Below are positions 56,889 through 64,000 of a DNA stretch of 64,000 nt, piece after piece. Every line of letters begins with the position of its first letter. Position 1 is the first letter of the stretch. The stretch lies in assembly GCA_965240325.2 (NCBI GenBank), contig OZ251239.1, forward strand, positions 806,001 to 870,000, in the 5' to 3' direction. Position numbers and translations under genes: made by a program. This DNA comes from Rebecca billardiae RCC1528 (Eukaryota; Protista; Haptophyta). Under the pieces are notes generated by a model. It was not told the origin of the DNA. It did no database searches and worked only from the letters and a program-made list of their open reading frames with translations.

Positions 56889-58466
56889 ATGCACGCCGGC
56901 GAGGGCCCGCGAGTCGAGGAGGTCACGCAGGCCGCGCTCGGCGCTGCGGGGGCGCCCGCGTGTGCCGACGCGGCCGCCGCCTCGCCGCCCGGCCCCACCC
57001 AGCCGGGCGGCGCGGAGCACCGCGGCGCGGAGCGCGGTGCGGCGGGCGCGGCGCCGGACGAGCTGCCGGCGGGCGCGGAGGCGGTGCTCGCCGCTCTGTC
57101 GGCGCAGGATCGCGAGACGGTGCTCGGTGAGCTGCGTGGCCTCCCGCCGGACGAGCAGGCCCGGAGGCTGGCGCAGGTCGAGGCCATGCTCGCCAGCGCG
57201 GGCGCGGATGTCGCTGAGCGCGGCGGCGACTCGTCCGTGCCCGACGCCGAGCTGCCGACCGAGGAGGAGCTGGCGGAGGCGTGGGCGCAGATCTTCGAGG
57301 ACCTCTCGGACGAGGACCGGAAGATGATCTCGGAGGCGCTGCAGGGCAAGAGCCTGCGCGAGCGCTTCGAGTTCCTGCTCGAGGTCGAGGAGCAGCTCGC
57401 GTCGCACGGCGTGGGCGCGGAGCACCAGCCGGCCGAGCCCGAGGGCGGCGCGCGCAGGCGGGGCGCCGGGCGCGAGGATGCGCACGAGGACGACGCGGAC
57501 CTCGATCCGCTCCCGTTCGAGCAGCTCCGCGCGCGCTGGGCGGCCGTCTTCGACTGTCTCTGCGCCTCCGACCGGCAGCGGCTGCTCGCGACGATTGACG
57601 ACGAGGACGCGCACGGCCAGACCAGCCTGCTGCTCGCGGTCGAGGCGCGCATCCGAGAGCCCGACTTCGTGCCGGGCGCGTCCATCCTGCACGACGACGA
57701 CGACGACGGCGGCGGTGGCGATGACGCCGACGCCGACGACGAGAGCGTGCAGATGTCCGAGGTGTGGGACACCATCTACTCGATGGGGCCGCACGAGCTG
57801 CACTCTGAGTTTGACGCATGCTTCAACCTGCTGCTCGAGCGCACACAGCCCAGCGCGGCCGCGGACGAGGACGCGGCGCGGCTGCGCGACGAGTGGGAGC
57901 ACTCGGACCTCGCCGGGCGCAAGGAGCTCCTCTTCCAGCTCATCTTCTACCTTAACAAGCACGCGCGCAGCCCGGTCGATGACGAGGAGGACGAGGCGGC
58001 AGCGGGCGCTGACGCGGCGGCCGACGCCGAGCGGTGCGGCGCGGGGCGGGCCGGCGCCACCGCTGGCTCGCCTGCCGCTGCGCCGCTGGCGAGCGGCGGC
58101 AGCGGGGGGGCTGGGCGTCCGGGCGTGGGCCGTGCAAACGCGCCGCCGCGCGACGCGCGCATCGGCGACTCTGCGAGCATGCGCCAGCGCGCGGCTGCGC
58201 ACGGCCGGCGCGATGCGGGCTCGGGCGCGGCAGGCGCAGGGCCGGTGCGCGGCGCCGGCACGGCGCCGGGCAAGCGCACGCGCGTGGGCGGCAGCGGTGC
58301 GCGCCGCGGCGTGCTCGGCCTCGTTGTTGGCGTGGTGCTGGCGGTGGTGGCGGCGCTGTTCGTCCTGCGCGGACGGGGCGCGCGGCTTGGCGCCAGCGTG
58401 GACTCGGACGGGCCTGCCGGCTTTGGCCCCGACCCCGGCTTCTTTGCCGACGAGGAGGATGCCTGA
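56889..58466 (+). CDS. Hypothetical acidic helical-repeat protein with C-terminal transmembrane anchor
   Basis: Repeated short helices (LSAQDRETVL, LSDEDRKMI, LCASDRQRLL) and GVLGLVVGVVLAVVAALFVL near the C-terminus. Confidence 0.65.
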   Translation: MHAGEGPRVEEVTQAALGAAGAPACADAAAASPPGPTQPGGAEHRGAERGAAGAAPDELPAGAEAVLAALSAQDRETVLGELRGLPPDEQARRLAQVEAMLASAGADVAERGGDSSVPDAELPTEEELAEAWAQIFEDLSDEDRKMISEALQGKSLRERFEFLLEVEEQLASHGVGAEHQPAEPEGGARRRGAGREDAHEDDADLDPLPFEQLRARWAAVFDCLCASDRQRLLATIDDEDAHGQTSLLLAVEARIREPDFVPGASILHDDDDDGGGGDDADADDESVQMSEVWDTIYSMGPHELHSEFDACFNLLLERTQPSAAADEDAARLRDEWEHSDLAGRKELLFQLIFYLNKHARSPVDDEEDEAAAGADAAADAERCGAGRAGATAGSPAAAPLASGGSGGAGRPGVGRANAPPRDARIGDSASMRQRAAAHGRRDAGSGAAGAGPVRGAGTAPGKRTRVGGSGARRGVLGLVVGVVLAVVAALFVLRGRGARLGASVDSDGPAGFGPDPGFFADEEDA

Positions 58467-59729
58467 GACTGAGTGAGAGCTGCGTGCTGCGTGCGTGCTG
58501 CACCGGCAGGTCTGCAGCGCGCGGCGGCAGCGGCTCGTGCGACGCCCGGGCCACTCGCATCTTGCCACATGCGATGAGAGCGCATGCTCCGGGTCCGGCG
58601 CGTGCCGACGGTCACGACGGTGCCGTTACGACAGTGATGCGTCTGCCGACGTGGGCGCATGCAGTCTGCAGACGCATCAAGCTGATGTCGTAACGGTAAC
58701 GCCCTCGAAGTCCGGAACGGAGTACCGGACCGTAACGGCCCGCCGCGGCGCGGGCTCCCGCGGTTCCGGCCCCGCCGGGTCCGCCGGCGGTCGGGTGCCA
58801 GCGGCCCGCGGCCTGACGGCAGACGGGCCGGCGCGCTGATTTAATTATTATAATTTAATAATATGACCGCGTTCCGCGGTCCTTTTCCGTAGAACGAACG
58901 TAGTTCGGGGCCCGCGGTGGCGGTGCACCCTCCGTCGCAGTCGTCTATTGACAGACCAGTTGCATGCCCGTACAACTAGACTCCAGCGGCGCGCCGCTGC
59001 GCCCCGGCGCCGGCGCCGCGGGCGCGGGCCCATCGCAGCCGCCGGCGCGGCGCCCGGATTGTGTACAGGCGGATGCGACGAGGCGTGATCGACGAATGAG
59101 CGCGACTCCACGTGCACGCCAGGCCACGTGCAGCTGACAGCCAGGGAACACTGTGCGGGGCCGCGGATTCGTTCGGGCCGCTGCTGCTGACCGCGCTGTC
59201 TGTCGACAGTGTCGTCACCGCGCGCCGCGGCAGCGCCAGGAGTAGTCAGTAGATGATTTGCACTGGTCCGAGTAGGGTTCGACCAGCGCCTGCGCGACGG
59301 CCGACAGGCGGGCGCGAGGCGTGATCGACGCATGAGCGCAACTCTATCTACGCGGAGCTGACAGCCAGAGGGAGCACTGTGTGTGCCGAGGTGCGAGGGC
59401 ACCGGTGATCGTTATTTCGCGCGCCGCGCGTGCACTGCACGGGGTCACGGGGTGACACACCTCGGTCGGGCTCGGCACGCGTCGCAGAGGCACGGCCAGC
59501 TCTGGGGACGTCGCGCACCACCGTCGCCCGCGCCGCAGCTCGTCCTCCTAGGTCCGCCCGTCCAGCGCTGCAGACAGACTCGCCGGCGCGGGCCGAGAGT
59601 GAGTGCCGCAAAGCGGCTGCCAGCTGTTGGGCCGGGTGAGGAGGAGGGAGGGAGCTGGCCTGCGGGGCGCGTGGTGAAGTCGGTGATCAGCCGCGCCGCG
59701 CTCCCCCTGCCGAGTGCGCCATCGTCCTC

Positions 59730-59960
59730 CAGCACGGTGCGGACCTTGCCAAGGATGTTGTAGATCGATCGGCGCGGCACGCAGTACTTCACCGCCGCAG
59801 AGCCCACGTCATGCTTGCGCCTCACGACTGAGATGGCAGCAGCAATGCTCGAGAGCGTGTTATTGCCCCCTTTCGTCGTCACTGCCCCTGAGTCGCGCAG
59901 CATGTTCAACACGCGGAGAGCGCAGTCCTGGTCTGTGTCGCCCATCGATGTGCGTCGCAA
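59730..59960 (-). pseudogene. Pipsqueak-type HTH fragment (pogo/Tc5-like transposase N-terminus)
   Basis: IAAAISVVRRKHDVGSAAVKYCVPRRSIYNIL resembles HTH_psq; no DDE domain seen. Confidence 0.45.
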
Positions 59961-60019
59961 GGCACTCCCTTGGACAGGCTCCGCAGTTGACGACCTCTTT
60001 CACCTCGGCACGTGCCTGT

Positions 60020-60325
60020 TGTAGCTCTCTGATCAAGAACTAGTGCCTTGCGTGCCGGGTAGCTCTCTGATCAGTAGGTTACGACGCGGTGGACTCATTC
60101 TCCTGATGGCTCATTGATGAATACCATTTGTCGTCACGAAGCGGTGGATTCGTTCTCCTGATGGCTCCTTGATGAATGTAGCTCTCTGATCAAGAACTAG
60201 TGCCTTGCGTGTCGGGTAGCTCTCTGATCATTCATTCTCCTGATGGCTCATTGATGAATACCATTTGTCGTCACGAAGCGGTGGATTCGTTCTCCTGATG
60301 GCTCCTTGATGAATACCATTTGTCA
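60020..60325 (+). repeat. Complex tandem repeats
   Basis: GTAGCTCTCTGATCA(AGAACTAGTGCC) and TTCTCCTGATGGCTC(A/C)TTGATGAAT units repeated. Confidence 0.85.
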
Positions 60326-60429
60326 GATGGCGACGATCAGGTAACGAGTGGTATGATAAAGAGTCCGGTCACACGCGACCCGCTTCCTCTGCAATCCCAG
60401 CTTTCGGCATACGCGGGTACGATACATTA

Positions 60430-60780
60430 TGGCCCGCGGTGAAGATAAATACGATGAGAGTCGTTGCGGCGGCGGCCGGCGAGGCCATATTTATTTTACT
60501 ATGGTCACACATGAACGAGAGTCTACCCACAATTACCCTGCCTGGCACACTTGGGCGCGGGTTTCGTTGATGGCCTCTGAATACAAAAGAGCCGGGCGCG
60601 ACCTTTTTCGACGAGGATGCACCTGTAAGGGAGTCTCAACATTCGAAACTCGGTCTCCTCCAGCCCTGAAAATCGTCCCCCGTCCCTTTTTTCTTTGACG
60701 ATCAAAGATCTTTTTGAAACGTGGTTCGGGCCCGCTGGTGCGGGCTCCACGCTGCGCGCTCCGCCCTGCACCGCGGGCCA
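60430..60780. mobile_element. About 350-bp MITE (TA or AT TSD)
   Basis: TTATGGCCCGCGGTG ... CACCGCGGGCCATAA. Confidence 0.6.
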
Positions 60781-60829
60781 TAAGCCGATGAGCCGATTGT
60801 CAATCAGCGGCGTTGGCGTTGTCCGCCGT

Positions 60830-60890
60830 TATATATATATATATATATAATATATTATATATATATATATATTATATATATATATATATA
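60830..60890. repeat. (TA)n microsatellite
   Basis: TA run. Confidence 0.95.
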
Positions 60891-61397
60891 GCGTTTTAAG
60901 CCCGCCGCGCGCAATAATAATCATCGCCGATATACGAATGTTGGCCTAGCTTATTACAGTCGTATATATATATAGGCCTAGAAGTAGCGCGCAGTAAAAA
61001 AAGTTACTGTAGAGTTAGACATCATCACTTAGACAGTCAGAGACCGAGATGATTTAGACTCTGATGACGATATGAGTAATATACTACGACGACTCAATAA
61101 GAGATAGAGATATACGACGATATCGAGTAGACTGTGGAGGAGTGTGGAGAGACGGACGACGGAGCCACGCGAGGCCGAGAGACTAGAGTAACTCACTCAG
61201 TAAGAGAGAATAATTATCAATATATATATATGCTGCATGATGGATGATTGATGCGCTTAGAGAGTGAGTCAACTCAGCTACATCAGCGAGCGCATGATGA
61301 GCAGTCATGACGAGTGCATCATATGGCCAGCATGTTCATGAACGATTGAACGTCACTCGACGACCTCGTCAGCGGTCTGACATGACTGACAGCGGAC

Positions 61398-63347
61398 TCA
61401 GCGGGCGGCGACGTTGCTGTCCTGCAGCGGCGGTCTGTGCGGCAGCGCCGCGGAGTCCGCGTCCGGCTCCGGTGGCGCGAACATCTCCGACGAGATGGGC
61501 ATGCGGCTCTTCTTGCGATCGCCCTTCTTGGACCTCCTCGTCGTGACGAAGCCAGGCCGCTCGAGCGGCAGCGGCGTCGTCGGCGGAGGCGGCGCATCCT
61601 CGGCGGGCGTGGCAGCGGTCGGCGCCGAGCGCGGCGGCGCCGCCGCGTCGGCGGCGGGCGGCTCGGCCGGCGGCGGCGCACCGCGGCCGGCGGGCGCGTC
61701 TCGCTCGGCGCCCGCGCCGCCCTCCGCGCCCTCCTCGAGCGCGGCGGCGAGGTTCTCCTCGAGCGCCGCCATGTTGAGCGAGAAGCGCACGTTGGCCTCG
61801 AGCGAGGCGCGCAGCGCGCTCGCCGCGGCCGCGCCGCCCTCGGCGCTGCCCTCGAGCACGAGCTCGTGGCGCAGGGCGCGCGCGAGCGCGCGCTCCTCCT
61901 GCGGGCTGGTTACGGGCACGTGCAGCAGCTGGCCCACGCTCCCCCTGCTCGGGGGCACCACGCCCGCCACCAGCGAGGGCGACGCGTAGCCCGGGAGCGA
62001 CACGCCGCGCGCGGCCGGCATCGCGCCGCGCGCGCCTCCGGCCGCGCCGGCGCTGCGGCCGACTGTGCTGCACGACGGCGCGACGGCCGTCGGCGGCGCG
62101 CGCCCGGGCAGCGCGTCGATCGCCGGGGCGTGCGACAAGCGGTCCGTGCTGCCCAGCGCCGGCTCCGCGCCGGCCGCGGCCGCGGCCGCGCGCTCGGCCG
62201 GCCGCGCACCCGGCGGCGGCGCGCTCGCGCGCGCCGACTCGGCGGCGGTCGGCGCGGGCGCGGACGAGAGGCGGAACGGCGGCGAGGCGAAGGAGGCGCG
62301 CTGCGAGGCGAGCCCGTACGCCAGCTGCGCGAGCTCCTGCAGCTGCGCGTCGAACCGGTCCTCGTGCTGCGAGAAGAAGGGCAGCTCGCGCAGCGCGCCC
62401 ACGGTCGGCCTGCGCGCGGGCTCCTTGTCGAGCAGCAGCTGCACGAGCTCGCGGAGCTCGTCCGAGTAGCCCTCGGGCAGCGCGGGCACCTGCGCGCGCA
62501 TGATGCACATCGCGAGCGCGGGGAGCGACTCCGCCTCGAACGGCTTCTTCAGCGCCGCCATCTCGAAGAGCAGCACGCCGAGCGACCACACGTCGGTGGG
62601 CAGCCCGTACGGCTTCGCCTCCACAATCTCGGGGCTCAGGTAGTACGGCGTGCCGATGCACGTGGAGGCGAAGCCGGCGGAGCCGCCGCTGGTCTCCTCG
62701 AGCACCTTCGCGATGCCAAAGTCGCACACCTTGATCAGCCCGCGCGTCGTGAGCAGCACGTTCGCCGCCTTGAGGTCGCGGTGCACGATGTGCCGCTCGT
62801 GGATGTAGTGCACCGCGCGCACGATCTGGATGAACCAGTCCATCACCACGTCCTCGTCCAGGGGGCTCTGCTGCTCGGCGCGCGCGCGGATCGCGTCGGC
62901 GAGCGAGCCGCCGTCCGCGTACTCCATCAGGATGTGCAGGCTGCCCATGTGGTGCCAGCTCCCGTAGTAGCGCGTCACGTTGGCGTGGTCGAGCTGCGCG
63001 AGCACCGTCACCTCCTTCATCACCGGGCCTGCGCGCGCGCGGGGCAGGCGCGAGGGGCGCCGGCCGGGGCGCGAAGGATGAGCGAGACGCTGCGCGCGCG
63101 CGCCGCGCGCAGCCCGCGCCCCGCGGCGCGCCCCGCGCGTGCCTGCGTCTCGCATCGAGTTCATCGGGATGATCTTGAGCACGCACTTGTGCCTGCGAGT
63201 CCGGTGCTCAACGAGCATCACGCGGCCCGACGCGCCGGAGCCGATGAGCCTGATCGTCTTGTACTGCGCCTCGAATGTCTCCGCGTCGTCGATCTGCTCG
63301 ACGGGCTCGAGCATCGAAATGCTGCCGCTGCGCCGAGGCAGCGCCAT
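61398..63347 (-). CDS. NIMA-related (NEK) Ser/Thr kinase; intron about 63144-63029
   Basis: IGSGASG, EVTVLAQLDHANV, IVHRDLKAANVLL, DFG, TCIGTPYYLSPE, DVWSLG..FEMAALKKPF. Confidence 0.92.
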   Translation of the reverse strand: MALPRRSGSISMLEPVEQIDDAETFEAQYKTIRLIGSGASGRVMLVEHRTRRHKCVLKIIPMNSMRDAGTRGARRGARAARGARAQRLAHPSRPGRRPSRLPRARAGPVMKEVTVLAQLDHANVTRYYGSWHHMGSLHILMEYADGGSLADAIRARAEQQSPLDEDVVMDWFIQIVRAVHYIHERHIVHRDLKAANVLLTTRGLIKVCDFGIAKVLEETSGGSAGFASTCIGTPYYLSPEIVEAKPYGLPTDVWSLGVLLFEMAALKKPFEAESLPALAMCIMRAQVPALPEGYSDELRELVQLLLDKEPARRPTVGALRELPFFSQHEDRFDAQLQELAQLAYGLASQRASFASPPFRLSSAPAPTAAESARASAPPPGARPAERAAAAAAGAEPALGSTDRLSHAPAIDALPGRAPPTAVAPSCSTVGRSAGAAGGARGAMPAARGVSLPGYASPSLVAGVVPPSRGSVGQLLHVPVTSPQEERALARALRHELVLEGSAEGGAAAASALRASLEANVRFSLNMAALEENLAAALEEGAEGGAGAERDAPAGRGAPPPAEPPAADAAAPPRSAPTAATPAEDAPPPPTTPLPLERPGFVTTRRSKKGDRKKSRMPISSEMFAPPEPDADSAALPHRPPLQDSNVAAR

Positions 63348-63517
63348 CTTGCTGGCGCGGAGGGGTTTTGAACCCCGCCGTCCCGCGCGCAAGCATGTAC
63401 CGTTTCATCACGCGTGGCCGGGGGCCTCCGGACGCGTCGCGGAATGATCGACGGCGACGAACCAGAAACGAGAAGGGAGAAAATCATGCTGCAGTACCGC
63501 CGAGCGCGGGCATCACG

Positions 63518-63671
63518 ATGGCGGACGAGATCGGCGACCTCGGACCAGTGCGCCTCGAGGCGGGCGGCGGGCGCACGTCATTCGTCAGCCTGCCGGCGTG
63601 GCTGGCCGCGCCGCTACTGCAGCAGAGCGCGGTGGCTTCGCTCGTCCTCCGCCTCGACCTCGCCCCGCCGC

Positions 63672-63705
<34 letters not shown>

Positions 63706-64000
63706 GGCGGCGGGCGGCGACGCGCCGTCGGCGCGCGGGCACGTGTACGTGGCGTGGATGGGCGACGTGAGCGAGGGCGTCTCGATCACGGTGCCGCTGC
63801 ACCTCGCCGAGTCGCTCGGCCTCGCCCTGCCCGTCGCCGACGCGTCCGTGCGCGTCGCGCACCTGCCCGCCGCCGCGGTGGTGCGCGTGGAGCCGTGCAG
63901 CGCGGACGACTGGGAGGTGCTGCACGCGCAGCCCGCGTACGTGGAGGCGGAGCTGCTCAACCAGCTGTGCGTCGTGCAGGCGGGGATGGACGTCTCCGTC
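63518..64000 (+). CDS. PEX1: Peroxisomal AAA ATPase PEX1, N-terminal part (runs off the window; missed by the ORF track)
   Basis: SFVSLPAWL, YVAWMG, LAESLGL, VEPCSADDWEVLHAQPAYVEAELLNQLCVV match PEX1 N-domains. Confidence 0.82.

Noticed and set aside
60020-60325. CRISPR-like array
   Set aside because: Spacers are themselves repeated; eukaryotic context and no cas genes

Overview
Very GC-rich eukaryotic nuclear DNA with compact genes and short GT(GCGC)...GCAG introns. The style suggests a haptophyte-like alga, but that is inference. About 22 protein genes are supportable: ATG11/FIP200-like, macrodomain, a ubiquitin-4TM fusion, ERI1-type exonuclease, ICL/PEP-mutase family lyase, UNC-93-like MFS, a myristoylated TKL kinase with HERC2-like/KEG-type SH3 repeats, Gfo/Idh/MocA oxidoreductase, WD40, TBC Rab-GAP, DD3-3-like, mRNA guanylyltransferase, ELYS-like, cycloartenol synthase, NDUFS4, a Dpy-30-like docking protein, a degenerate nucleotidyltransferase-fold protein, eIF2-beta, NEK kinase, the PEX1 5' end and two hypotheticals. 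Many sit in head-to-head pairs. The intergenic DNA holds many non-autonomous mobile elements whose termini and target-site duplications (TSDs) can be read directly: a 3.4-kb foldback with 840-bp TIRs, a 1.8-kb 9-bp-TSD element, two 4-bp-TSD elements, two MITEs and a pol-less LTR element. The strongest candidate for an undescribed system is a pair of tiny (146 and 54 bp) inverted-repeat elements with TGGTAAG...CTTACCA-type ends and 5-bp TSDs, which share their terminus with the adjacent LTR element. Other highlights are a candidate 3-nt microexon in eIF2-beta and the ubiquitin fusion that would expose an N-terminal Cys. All calls are by eye; no database searches were run.
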